A DNA stretch of 64,000 nt from Acidimicrobiaceae bacterium (GTDB lineage: Bacteria > Actinomycetota > Acidimicrobiia > Actinomarinales > Actinomarinaceae): positions 552 through 64,551 of the forward strand of contig JAOOBM010000004.1 of assembly GCA_028404505.1 (NCBI GenBank), given 5' to 3'. A program made the translations under genes and the position numbers. This document shows, in pieces, positions 26,396-36,254 of the stretch (positions are counted from its first letter, which is position 1; every line of letters starts with the position of its first letter). A model generated the notes under the pieces. That model made no database searches. It was not told where the DNA came from and was given only the letters and a program-made list of their open reading frames with translations.

Positions 26396-27239
26396 TTAGA
26401 AAATTAATTACTTCAATTAATCCATATAAAACAACACAGATAATTATATAATTTAAATCAATTAAATCATTATTTAATATTTTGATAAATGTCAAAATAT
26501 TTAACAATAAGAATATCAGGCTCCCCATAGAAAGATTGTGACGTGTATTTAAATAATTTTTAAGATATAAAAGTTTTAAAAAAACTGGAATTAATTTTAT
26601 TGAACCTATAAAAATTGGTATGCTGCTTTTTTCTTCACCATAAATTGTTTTGATGGGTACTTCAGAAATTTTGAATTTAAATATAACTAAGTTAAGAAGT
26701 AACGAATTCTCAAAAAAATAATCATTCCTAAGATATTTGAATTGAATACGGTCAAAAATACTTGCTTTGAATGCAATAAATCCGTTGTTTGGATCTGAAA
26801 CACTAAAATTTCCTGTTACGATTTTTTGTAAATTGGTAGATATAAGATTACCAAGAATTTTAACTGCTGGCATTTGAGAAATTGACGACTTAAATCTATT
26901 TCCTTTTATAAAGTCATAATTTTCTTTTTCAATCAAATTTATAAACTCAGGAATATCATTTGAGGAATGCTGTCCATCCCCGTCAAATTTTATAATAATT
27001 TCTGCACCAATTTCTAAAGCTTTTTTGATACCAACTTTTGTTGCACCTCCAATTCCTAAGTTTTTTTCATTTGTCACAATTATTAAATTATCATTATTTA
27101 TTGACTCTAAAATTTCTTTTGATCCATCGGTTGAACAATCATTAACTACGATTATTTTGTCACAGTGATTAAATACTTTATTAATTATGTCAAAAATTGA
27201 TTTTTCTTCATTAAAAACTGGTATTACAACAACTTTCAC
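26388..27239 (-). CDS. GT2-family glycosyltransferase with C-terminal TM helices (polyprenyl-phosphate sugar synthase-like)
   Basis: 283 aa with VVVIPVFNEEKSI, IIVVNDCSTDGS, FDGDGQH and two C-terminal hydrophobic helices. Confidence 0.8.
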   Translation of the reverse strand: MKVVVIPVFNEEKSIFDIINKVFNHCDKIIVVNDCSTDGSKEILESINNDNLIIVTNEKNLGIGGATKVGIKKALEIGAEIIIKFDGDGQHSSNDIPEFINLIEKENYDFIKGNRFKSSISQMPAVKILGNLISTNLQKIVTGNFSVSDPNNGFIAFKASIFDRIQFKYLRNDYFFENSLLLNLVIFKFKISEVPIKTIYGEEKSSIPIFIGSIKLIPVFLKLLYLKNYLNTRHNLSMGSLIFLLLNILTFIKILNNDLIDLNYIIICVVLYGLIEVINFLND

Positions 27240-27273
27240 AACCTAATTATAAGTAAATATCAAGTTTTAAAAT

Positions 27274-28623
27274 TCAATTATCTTTTTTTTGGAAATTAGT
27301 TGTGGATTGTTTGAATACAAACATTAGAAAAGTTAAAAAAGATATTACAGTTAGGACATTTATTTGGGGGCTATCTAGTGCTGTGTTGTAAGGTTCAAGG
27401 TAATATATTGAAAAGTTGTAAAATAAAAGTGAAAATATAAGAGTTATATCTTTTCTAAAAGTAAATACATATACAATACAAGAAAAGAAGAAGAAATAGC
27501 CAATACTATAATTTACAAACCTAAATGGCTCATACAAACCCTGCAAAGACCAAAATATGAATATAACAAAATTTATGTATAGTGATAATTTAATTATTTT
27601 TGGAATGTCTATCTTTAAGTAGTTTATAAGGACTGTCATACAGAAAAAGTAAAAAATTAAAATTGAAAAATATCCAATATAGCTAAAAGTAACAACATTA
27701 TTGCATTTTAAAAATGTCGATAAAGTTTGACAATTGGCTGAATTTTCAGGATCAAATGCTGAAAGTATCCAATAAAATTGATTATAAACATCGCGATTCC
27801 AATCAAAATAATCATACGGACTAAGGTAAATAATAAATCTATAAAAACTTTGAAAACCTAGAAGAAATATTAAATTAAGAAATACATCTTTGAACTGAAT
27901 CTTTTTTTGATTTATAAATATGTAAAATAATATTATCAATCCGTAAATTATCGATGAAAGATGAGCAAGAGAAAATAATCCATAAAGTAAAAAAATATTG
28001 GTTGTATCTTTTTTTTGAAAATTACCTCTCATTAAATAATCTAAAGAGATTAAAAATAATAAAAAAGGTAAATTTCCAACAGAAGCAAGAAAAATGTTCC
28101 ATCTTAAGCTTGGTATGCTAATTAATAATAAAATTAATAAATATTCTCTATTATCAAAAGACTTAATTTTCATAAGAGAGATAAAGATTTTTATAATCAA
28201 AAAAATAATTGACACTTGGACAATAAGCATTGATAGCTTATAAATCTCATAGCTTGAAAGGTTTAAAAAATTAACAAAGCTAAATAGATTATTGAATGAT
28301 GATAAGATCAAAATGAATAAAGGCCTACCTTGATAAGGGTTTGTTTCATTAAAAAAGTTGTCGATTGAAGTTATGGCAAATTGATATGGTCCTTCATCAC
28401 AATGTATTGGTAAACGAATGTTATTTAGGTTGTATATTTTAAAATCTTTAATAATTTCAACACACCAGAACTGTTGGTTATAGTAATTTTCAAGAAAATA
28501 AAAGTCTATAAAATACACAACTACAATTGAGAAAAATGTAATCGTTAATACTTTTAAATTATTTTTCATAATAAGAGGTATATGTAGATTATAACCTACA
28601 ATGTTATTGAACAATAAAAGCAA
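27274..28623 (-). CDS. large polytopic membrane protein, paralogue of 57108..58463 (GT-C-like candidate)
   Basis: 449 aa from TTG at 28623; the ATG at 28569 (MKNNLKVLTI...) is the more likely start. Motifs shared with 57108..58463: CDEGPY, YQGRPLF, NCQTLSTFLKC, SLQGLYEPFRFVNYSIG. Confidence 0.45.
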   Translation of the reverse strand: MLLLFNNIVGYNLHIPLIMKNNLKVLTITFFSIVVVYFIDFYFLENYYNQQFWCVEIIKDFKIYNLNNIRLPIHCDEGPYQFAITSIDNFFNETNPYQGRPLFILILSSFNNLFSFVNFLNLSSYEIYKLSMLIVQVSIIFLIIKIFISLMKIKSFDNREYLLILLLISIPSLRWNIFLASVGNLPFLLFLISLDYLMRGNFQKKDTTNIFLLYGLFSLAHLSSIIYGLIILFYIFINQKKIQFKDVFLNLIFLLGFQSFYRFIIYLSPYDYFDWNRDVYNQFYWILSAFDPENSANCQTLSTFLKCNNVVTFSYIGYFSILIFYFFCMTVLINYLKIDIPKIIKLSLYINFVIFIFWSLQGLYEPFRFVNYSIGYFFFFSCIVYVFTFRKDITLIFSLLFYNFSIYYLEPYNTALDSPQINVLTVISFLTFLMFVFKQSTTNFQKKDN

Positions 28624-28703
28624 ATTTATACAAATTCATAATTTAATTTCTAGATAATTCAACAAGGTTTGGAATTGATACGAAGTTAGACTGTTAGAAG
28701 TAT

Positions 28704-30371
28704 ATGAAAAAAATAATTACAAGATTGATACAAAGCCCTTTTGATATTATTTATAGGTTAATTTTTTATTTTATTTTTTATTTTTCTTCTATTGTTATTA
28801 CATTAACTTACAGTGTTATTAATTCTCCAGATTTTGCAAAGTATTACAGATATTTTGAATTTTACTCTGGAAATATAGACAATCTAAATTTAGAGCAGGG
28901 TCATTTTTACTTTTTCATAAATTATTTATTAGTATTAGTTTTTTCAAACTCTATGGAGTATTTAACTTTAAATGAGATTGTCAATTTTTCTGTTCATCTA
29001 GGTAACTCTTTTATATTTCTAGTTGGCTGCTTAGGAATGAAAAAGTACCTATCAAGATATTTCAATTTAAATAATATCTATCTCGTTTTGTCACTTTTGT
29101 GCTTGCTTCCAACATCTTTTGAGTTAAGAGTTACTCTCAAACCTGAGATATTAGCTTTTTCATGCATAGGTTGGTTGCTATATTATCTTGATGAAATATC
29201 AGATGAAAATAGTACTGGAATCAACATAATTAAATTCTCTATTATCTTTAGTATTTTGGTTACTTCAAAAATTTCAATAGGGTTTATGGTTGGTTTATTT
29301 ATTTTGTTAGAAATTTTTTATAACAAAAGGGGTTTAATAAAAAAAATTAACACAAAAAGGGTTTTAATTGTTTTAGGGTTAATCGTAATTTTATTAACAG
29401 AAAATTTTGCTTTAAATAACAGATTTATAACTCAGGTCGAACATGAAGAAAAATATAATAATCAAGCAGATGTTGAATTTTTTGTAAATTTTCCGACAAA
29501 AGATTTAAGAGACAATCCAAATAAGTATTTTTTTTCTGAGTCATTTCTTGGCATAACATTGTTCGATTCATTCAATGATTTTTTTGGTTTTTATGGAAAT
29601 TCTGAACATACATTTCTGAATAAAGATAGAAAAAAATTTTTTAAGGTTGTTTTTGCAAATAGTGAAATATTTCCAGTCAAATTAAGATTTGATAAAGTAC
29701 AAAAAGAATTTACATTTTCTGGACCTTACGATAGGGGCTGGAACGAGAGTAATTATATAGATGAGACAAGAATGCTTTTTAGTTTTGCTTTTTCCTCAAT
29801 CTTTTATTTTTTACTTTTATTATTTATCTTATTCAAACGAAAACTAAGAATTATAATGTTTACACCGTTTCTAGGAATCTTAATTATCTCTATTTCTGCA
29901 CTTGGTTTTCTTGGAACAAATAATTTTGATCCAAATACGGGAGATAGTTTTAAGTCTTTTTATTATAGTTTTTTCATTCTGTTAGCATTTGTAATTCTTT
30001 TTTTAGAAATATTTAAATACAATATTTTTAAGAAAACGCTGTCAATATTTTTAGGTATATTGTTTCTATTTTTCTTAGGTTTTCCCTTTGCATTCGATCA
30101 GGCAAACCAAGAATTCTTAGTTTATTGGAACTCATATTTTCCAACATGTGAACTTAATAGATTTGCTACTGATTTTCTTTTAAATATAAATTTAGAAGCA
30201 TATTGTGATACTAGTTTTGAGAGTAAAAACTTAATTAGTTCAGAATCTGAAATAGGAAATCTAGATTTTAGTCTCTATAAAGTTCCTTATTTTAATATTT
30301 TGTTTATGTTTTCATTTTTTGCATTGCTTGTACCTAAAGTTAAAAGCATTATTGAAGAAAAAATAATATGA
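28704..30371 (+). CDS. large polytopic membrane protein (GT-C-like candidate)
   Basis: 555 aa with many TM segments and a central soluble loop of about 110 aa. First gene of a three-gene operon with ATGA overlaps at 30368 and 30706. Confidence 0.4.
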   Translation: MKKIITRLIQSPFDIIYRLIFYFIFYFSSIVITLTYSVINSPDFAKYYRYFEFYSGNIDNLNLEQGHFYFFINYLLVLVFSNSMEYLTLNEIVNFSVHLGNSFIFLVGCLGMKKYLSRYFNLNNIYLVLSLLCLLPTSFELRVTLKPEILAFSCIGWLLYYLDEISDENSTGINIIKFSIIFSILVTSKISIGFMVGLFILLEIFYNKRGLIKKINTKRVLIVLGLIVILLTENFALNNRFITQVEHEEKYNNQADVEFFVNFPTKDLRDNPNKYFFSESFLGITLFDSFNDFFGFYGNSEHTFLNKDRKKFFKVVFANSEIFPVKLRFDKVQKEFTFSGPYDRGWNESNYIDETRMLFSFAFSSIFYFLLLLFILFKRKLRIIMFTPFLGILIISISALGFLGTNNFDPNTGDSFKSFYYSFFILLAFVILFLEIFKYNIFKKTLSIFLGILFLFFLGFPFAFDQANQEFLVYWNSYFPTCELNRFATDFLLNINLEAYCDTSFESKNLISSESEIGNLDFSLYKVPYFNILFMFSFFALLVPKVKSIIEEKII

Positions 30372-30709
30372 CGAAAAAGAATCTTAATCAAATTTCTGAT
30401 GATGAAATCATAAATATATGTGGAGAATACCCCGATGGTTTTGTAGTAGCCGATATTTTGAGTGATCCAAACTTTGTTTTTACAGTGGATGAAAATTATG
30501 AAACTGTTAAATTGTTTGATGTCGATGGAAATTCAGTTTTTGTAAATTCATTTACTGAATGCCATCATTATGTAAATGGTGGGTGGAATTTTACCTCTAC
30601 AGAATTAAATGAAAGTACACTTCATAATTATTTATCAATTTTTTCAATTTTGTTATTTTCAGTTGGCTACCTCTTTATAAAAAAATTTTTTATTGGAACT
30701 GAAAAATGA
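30368..30709 (+). CDS. small tail-anchored protein, unknown function
   Basis: 113 aa with an acidic soluble N-terminal domain and a single C-terminal TM helix (LSIFSILLFSVGYLFI). Start and stop both overlap neighbours as ATGA. Confidence 0.55.
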   Translation: MTKKNLNQISDDEIINICGEYPDGFVVADILSDPNFVFTVDENYETVKLFDVDGNSVFVNSFTECHHYVNGGWNFTSTELNESTLHNYLSIFSILLFSVGYLFIKKFFIGTEK

Positions 30710-32646
30710 CAAGAACAAACTTATATTTAAAAATCATCCTTTTTTTTCTAATTATATTTATACCTTTTTCATTTTCAGATTATCGTGACAACATAACCCC
30801 AGAAAAAATAACATCAGATTTGAGGTTTTATGAGATTAATACTTGTAGTATTTCACTTTCAGAATTTTTGATTCACAATCCTAATGTTATTTATCAAGAT
30901 CATTATAAAATAAGGTATAACAATTACTCTTCCTTAAGGTGTTTTGGTCAAATAACAGGAGTTGATCAAATTGACCATACTTTTTATATTTCTATAGGTA
31001 CAAATACGTTTGTTAATATTTTTTTACAATCCATATTTTGGTTATTTCTAATTACTTTAATTCCAGTAGATAAATTTAAAAACTTAAAGATCAGTAACTA
31101 TATTTCTATTCTCTTAACATCATTACTGATTTGTTTGTTAATTTACTCAGAACAGAGATTTTATAATAATGTTTTTTTTGAATTAGATTTTTTGAATAAA
31201 AGATCTTTGCTGCATATATTTGTATATATATCTACAATAAACTTTTTTAGTTTTCATATTATTAACAGTAGATCTAAAGAATTGATTAATTTTTTGCCCT
31301 TTTTATATATATTTATGGGTGTTTATAGCGGAATGAATATTTATTTTTTGAGTTTATTTCTTTGCTTAATTGGAATAAACAAAGTAATAAATGATAGAAA
31401 AATTAGAAAAACATTTAATATTCTAAATTTATTAATTATCTTTTGGTCTTACAACGCATCAGGTCTTTTTTATTATTTAAAACCAGATAAAATCCGTGGC
31501 CTTTCGCATGGTGATTACAACTTTCTATCAGTTTTAACCTGGAGTTATTTTTCTATATTTTGCTTAATCGGAATATATTATTTTATAAGTGATAGAAAAT
31601 CCAATTTAAATTTTAAAGTTTTAACTAGAAATTTTCTTTTTGCAAGTGTTGCTATCATGTCCATTGGTTATTTAAGTTCATCGATGCCTTTTATAAACTT
31701 TATGAGTTACTATTACTTTGGATTAACAAAGTATGGAACAGATAATCAAAATTTATTTGGTGTTGATATTTGGGGAACAACCGAAGCTTGGAGAGGTTTA
31801 TTTCCAAGTGCCGAAAGTATTGGTGAATTCTTTGCCTTAGGGCTATTGGTAATTTTTCTATATAAAAAAGAGAAATTAGAAAAAATAGAATATCTACTTA
31901 TTCCAGTTTCAATTTTAGGATTGCTCTTATCAAACAACAAAGCTTCATTTGTCTTATTAATATTTTGTATTGTATTAAAACTAAATTTTGAGAAAAATTT
32001 CAAAACTCAAACAAAAATATTGGTATTTATTCCCGTTATATTTCTACTTTTATATTTCATAAGGATTGAAAATTTATTTTATTCTTTGGACTTTTCCGCA
32101 TACAAGTTCATTGGTATGGGACAAAGTTACAGTCTGGATTCAAATATATCATCTTCTATTCAGTACTTATCTGATTTGAGTAATAAGAATTTCATTATAA
32201 GATTCTTAATTGTAGCATTTGGTTTGGTGGCGTTTTTAATAAATAGATCTGAGTTGTGGGGGATATTTTTTGCAAGATATAATCCTACAGTAAGTGAATT
32301 TTTCTTTGGAAGTGGGCCATTCATTCTATCGAATCACTATGGTGAAATCGATATTTTTAATAAGAGAGTTTTTACAGGGACTGAACTTGGATTCCTTTTA
32401 CCTCACTCATCACTATTGTTAATACAATTATTTTTTGGTTTAACAGGGGTCATAATTTTAACTGTATATGTAGTAAACTCGCTGAAAAAAATAAAAAGTG
32501 TAAATTATGACCTGTACTTAATCGGTATTTTTATCTCAATTAATCTTATTAAAAGTGATTCCTTGCTTTATTTACCATCATTACTTCTCTACGGAATGTT
32601 TTTTGTATTAATTAATAATAAAGAACATATAAATCTCAAGAAATAG
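30706..32646 (+). CDS. O-antigen ligase/polymerase-like (Wzy_C-type) polytopic membrane protein
   Basis: 646 aa. FPSAESIGEFFALGLL...LLLSNNKASFVLLIF and a later LLPHSSLLLIQLFFGLTG follow the Wzy_C / O-antigen ligase domain pattern. The N-terminal Cys-containing periplasmic-type loop resembles that of the partial ORF at 63323. Confidence 0.5.
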   Translation: MTRTNLYLKIILFFLIIFIPFSFSDYRDNITPEKITSDLRFYEINTCSISLSEFLIHNPNVIYQDHYKIRYNNYSSLRCFGQITGVDQIDHTFYISIGTNTFVNIFLQSIFWLFLITLIPVDKFKNLKISNYISILLTSLLICLLIYSEQRFYNNVFFELDFLNKRSLLHIFVYISTINFFSFHIINSRSKELINFLPFLYIFMGVYSGMNIYFLSLFLCLIGINKVINDRKIRKTFNILNLLIIFWSYNASGLFYYLKPDKIRGLSHGDYNFLSVLTWSYFSIFCLIGIYYFISDRKSNLNFKVLTRNFLFASVAIMSIGYLSSSMPFINFMSYYYFGLTKYGTDNQNLFGVDIWGTTEAWRGLFPSAESIGEFFALGLLVIFLYKKEKLEKIEYLLIPVSILGLLLSNNKASFVLLIFCIVLKLNFEKNFKTQTKILVFIPVIFLLLYFIRIENLFYSLDFSAYKFIGMGQSYSLDSNISSSIQYLSDLSNKNFIIRFLIVAFGLVAFLINRSELWGIFFARYNPTVSEFFFGSGPFILSNHYGEIDIFNKRVFTGTELGFLLPHSSLLLIQLFFGLTGVIILTVYVVNSLKKIKSVNYDLYLIGIFISINLIKSDSLLYLPSLLLYGMFFVLINNKEHINLKK

Positions 32647-32650
32647 GTTA

Positions 32651-35194
32651 TTACTTTAATTTTATAAATTTACTATTTTTGAAGTTAGACTTATTACTTT
32701 TCACAATTGAATCAAAAAAATTCCAAGCTAAAACAAGTATGTACTCATAGTTATTAACATTTATACTGTCTTTGGATTTAATTTGTATATTAGTTTCAGG
32801 TATAAATTTATTATGTTTTATTTCACTATCGTCTAAAACATACTTGAAATGCTTATCGCTAATTCCAAAGTAATTAAGTACTGTTGTTGCTTTTGCAGGG
32901 GCTCCGTAACCAATAATATTTTTTTCCTCAGATAAAATTTTATTTATTTTATTTAATGAATAAACCTTTATTTGTTCAACATCTTTTGCAAACTTATAAT
33001 AAGTTTCAACTTTATCAAGTTTTTTTCTTTTTTCAATTTCAATAAATTCTCCAACACTTTTATGAAGTCTTTTTTTCTTGTCCTTACTAGCATATATCCT
33101 TAATGAACCTCCATGAGTGTCTACTTCTTTAACTTTGTAGACCTTCAATTCTGAATTTTCAAAAAACTTTAAAACAGAGAGAACACACCAATAATTTACG
33201 TGTTCATGATAAACATTATCAAATGTAAGATCTTCAATAGTTCTTAATATATATTGAACCTCAAATATAAATTCTCCACTGTCGCTTAAAAGCTCTTCAA
33301 TATTATCCAATATCTCCCTTAATCGATCATTGTGGGCAAATACATTAAATGCTGTAACAACATCTGCTTTACCATACTTTTTTTTAATTTTATTTACAGT
33401 TTTGTTATCAAAAAATTCAGGCAAAGTAGTAAGGTTTTTTGAATTTGCAATTTTTGCCACATTTTTTGCTGGCTCTACTCCTATCGCATTAATTCCCAAT
33501 TCTTTAATTGGTTTTAAAAATATTCCATCGTTACTACCGATATCAACTACTAATGAATCATTTTTCAAATTCAACTTAGTTTTTATTTCTTTTGAAAAAT
33601 CAATAAAATGTTTCTGGAATTGTTGAGAAGTTGAAGATAAATATAAGTAGTTGTTAAACATTTTTTCTGGTGGCACAACAACACTAAGTTGTGAATTTGA
33701 ACATTGTTGACAAAAATTTAAATCAAGAGGATAAAGATCATTAGATTCATTTTTTTTACTATTGAGATTATTTGCAAGTGGAGAAAGGCCGAGGGATAAA
33801 TAATGAACAAATCCACCACCGCAGACTCTACAACTTGTTTTATAGTTGTCTATTAAGTTTTGAGATAGATTATCGTCCACAAGTTCATAGGGAATTGTAT
33901 GTGTAATTCCAAAATTTTTATGTTCCCTTTCACCAGTCACAAGATTCAAAAGAACTGAGTCTTCCAAGAATATCATCGTATGAGCAACGTTTGGAGGGAT
34001 TACAGATAACTCACCTGAATTTATTAATCTAGTTTCAGTAATAGCATTATCTTTATTTAAGTCTTTAGAAACACTTATATAGCTTCCAGAAATTAGTAAA
34101 CACTTTTGTGTTTGTATAGGATGGAAGTGATTCCCTCTAATGCTGCCTTTAATTGATTCAACTGCACCAATCATATTTATAGGTTCATCAAAATAATAGT
34201 TTGAGATAATCCCACGTCTATCTTCATAATTATCCTTACCCTTGATAATTACCTCATTTTGAAGCTGGATAGGTTTATTTTTCCAATCTTCATACATTTC
34301 AGAAATTGAATTTGGTAAATTATATAAATATTTAAAACCCATATTTTTTATTTTTTTACTCGAGAGTCCGTAGCCTAAATTTGGAATCTCATCATCAGTC
34401 AATTTTATTGTTATATTATTATTGACCCTCTTACATATATCAGCTACTTGCTTAACGGTAAAAGTCTCATTGGAAATATGAAAAATTTCTTTTTCTACTT
34501 TTTCATTATCACCTACAAATTGCATTGCTCTTGCAACATCAACAACATTTACAAGACTTTTAAGTTGCTTACCGCCCCCAAAGAGACTTAATTCACCATC
34601 AATAGCTGTAATTTTTGCAAATAAATTAGGCATTATATTTAATCTTGTTGAGTCATCAGATTTTCCATAAACTGAACCTAATCTTAAAATAATGTAATTT
34701 TTTCCAGATTCCATCAAATCAATTTCAGATTGATATTTTGTTTTTGAATATTCTAAAACTGGTTGAGGAATATCATTCTCATCAATACTTTTTTTGACAG
34801 ACGTTAATCCTTCAAATACCACATGGGTTGATGGAAAAATAATTTTACAGTTTGGATTTGAAAAATTAATAATATTTTTTGTTCCTAAAACACCAACTTC
34901 GTTTATCTCTTTATTTGCTGAATTGTTAGACTCAGAACTAACTCTTGGAACTTCTGTTATTCCAGCTAGATGATAAATTATATCAAAATCATATATAAAT
35001 TTTTTCAATTCGCTTTTGTTTAAAATGTCTAGTTGTTTGTAATCTATTCCCCAATTTTTTAAATTTTTAATACGAGATGAATAAAAAGCTTTATCAATTA
35101 CCGTAATTTTATGTTGACGAGAGTAACCAGATAAGATTTTTGCAAGTTCTGTACCTATGTAACCAAGACCACCAGTGATAAGTATTTTTTTCAT
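32651..35194 (-). CDS. trifunctional fusion: NAD-dependent sugar epimerase/reductase (SDR) + WxcM/FdtA-like cupin + zinc-ribbon sugar C-methyltransferase
   Basis: 847 aa. Residues 1 to about 305 carry ILITGGLGYIGTEL and Y149-x3-K153 (EYSKTKY). Residues about 313-425 form a cupin (RGNHFHP...IPPNVAHT). CRVC (455-458) and CQQC (495-498) zinc ribbon, then VVDIGSNDG SAM motif and a YHEHVNYW...THGGSLRIY C-methyltransferase-type C-terminal domain. Confidence 0.65.
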   Translation of the reverse strand: MKKILITGGLGYIGTELAKILSGYSRQHKITVIDKAFYSSRIKNLKNWGIDYKQLDILNKSELKKFIYDFDIIYHLAGITEVPRVSSESNNSANKEINEVGVLGTKNIINFSNPNCKIIFPSTHVVFEGLTSVKKSIDENDIPQPVLEYSKTKYQSEIDLMESGKNYIILRLGSVYGKSDDSTRLNIMPNLFAKITAIDGELSLFGGGKQLKSLVNVVDVARAMQFVGDNEKVEKEIFHISNETFTVKQVADICKRVNNNITIKLTDDEIPNLGYGLSSKKIKNMGFKYLYNLPNSISEMYEDWKNKPIQLQNEVIIKGKDNYEDRRGIISNYYFDEPINMIGAVESIKGSIRGNHFHPIQTQKCLLISGSYISVSKDLNKDNAITETRLINSGELSVIPPNVAHTMIFLEDSVLLNLVTGEREHKNFGITHTIPYELVDDNLSQNLIDNYKTSCRVCGGGFVHYLSLGLSPLANNLNSKKNESNDLYPLDLNFCQQCSNSQLSVVVPPEKMFNNYLYLSSTSQQFQKHFIDFSKEIKTKLNLKNDSLVVDIGSNDGIFLKPIKELGINAIGVEPAKNVAKIANSKNLTTLPEFFDNKTVNKIKKKYGKADVVTAFNVFAHNDRLREILDNIEELLSDSGEFIFEVQYILRTIEDLTFDNVYHEHVNYWCVLSVLKFFENSELKVYKVKEVDTHGGSLRIYASKDKKKRLHKSVGEFIEIEKRKKLDKVETYYKFAKDVEQIKVYSLNKINKILSEEKNIIGYGAPAKATTVLNYFGISDKHFKYVLDDSEIKHNKFIPETNIQIKSKDSINVNNYEYILVLAWNFFDSIVKSNKSNFKNSKFIKLK

Positions 35195-35225
35195 ATTAAT
35201 TTAAAATATTTCATAACAAAAAACT

Positions 35226-36254
35226 TTATAACTTTAATTTATAAGAATAACTTCCAGAATAGCCGTACTCATCAAACCAGTTTATGAATTCTGAAAGAAA
35301 ATTTTCATACTTATCAAAATATGAAGCACTTTGTATTTTCTTTAAACCAATCTTGCTTGATACATGATGGTTAAATTGTTTATTAAGATTATTGTATTCA
35401 ATAAAGTAGGTGTCGTCGTGGAGAATAAAGTTTTCAAAAAATGAATTAACTTCTTTTTGTAACTTTACTGGGTAATTGACCATGGTAAGTCTTGGTTTTT
35501 CTTCTATGTTAGGAAAAAATGGAAGACAATTATTTTTTAGAATTTCGTAATGCCTTAAGCAATCCCAACCTCCTTTTCTTGTTGTAGTTGCAAAAAGTGA
35601 TCTAGAGTATTGTTCGTAATATTTTTTCTCATCTTCATAAATGTAGCTATTTGCGAATCTTGGATCATTAGGTGCCAAAATATTATACTTTTTAGTATTT
35701 TTAGAATCAAAGATATTGTCTTTCAATACATTAGGTTCTTTAGTATCAATTATTGGTGAATAGTAACTTGGAAAGGAAAAAGATATTGGCTCACAATAAT
35801 TTTTATACTTTTCTATAAGTTCACGTTTAAAATATCTAACCTTTTTTGCAAGTTTCACATTTACATCTTGATGATCATGGCCGTCTATAATTAATATTTC
35901 ATCTTTCTTATAAACACGTTCTAATTTGCTAAAAAAATAAAGTTCATCGTTTGAAAGTAATTTTTTCGCATCAGGATTTAAATAAACTATAAAGTCAAAA
36001 TATTTGTCAGAAATTCTCGCTTCAATTTCATTATCCTCTAGCAATTTAATGTTCTTTTTGAATCGATCGTCTAATTTGAAATAAACTGTGTGCCCTGCTC
36101 CATATGCAAGATAATTTTCTTTATTATTTTTAAAAAAATTATTAGGGAATTTGTTTGTATAGAGCTCATGTTTATTATCAAAAATATATTGGTTAAGTAC
36201 TAAAGATGACAAAATATCATGGTTTTTTAAATCGTAATGGAAGTAAATTTTCAT
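35226..36254 (-). CDS. hypothetical protein, possible exostosin-like glycosyltransferase
   Basis: 342 aa, soluble. The only recognisable element is LFATTTRKGGWDCLRHYEILKNNCLPFF, which resembles the C-terminal motif of exostosin-type GTs and of ORF 54014..54898. Confidence 0.3.
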   Translation of the reverse strand: MKIYFHYDLKNHDILSSLVLNQYIFDNKHELYTNKFPNNFFKNNKENYLAYGAGHTVYFKLDDRFKKNIKLLEDNEIEARISDKYFDFIVYLNPDAKKLLSNDELYFFSKLERVYKKDEILIIDGHDHQDVNVKLAKKVRYFKRELIEKYKNYCEPISFSFPSYYSPIIDTKEPNVLKDNIFDSKNTKKYNILAPNDPRFANSYIYEDEKKYYEQYSRSLFATTTRKGGWDCLRHYEILKNNCLPFFPNIEEKPRLTMVNYPVKLQKEVNSFFENFILHDDTYFIEYNNLNKQFNHHVSSKIGLKKIQSASYFDKYENFLSEFINWFDEYGYSGSYSYKLKL

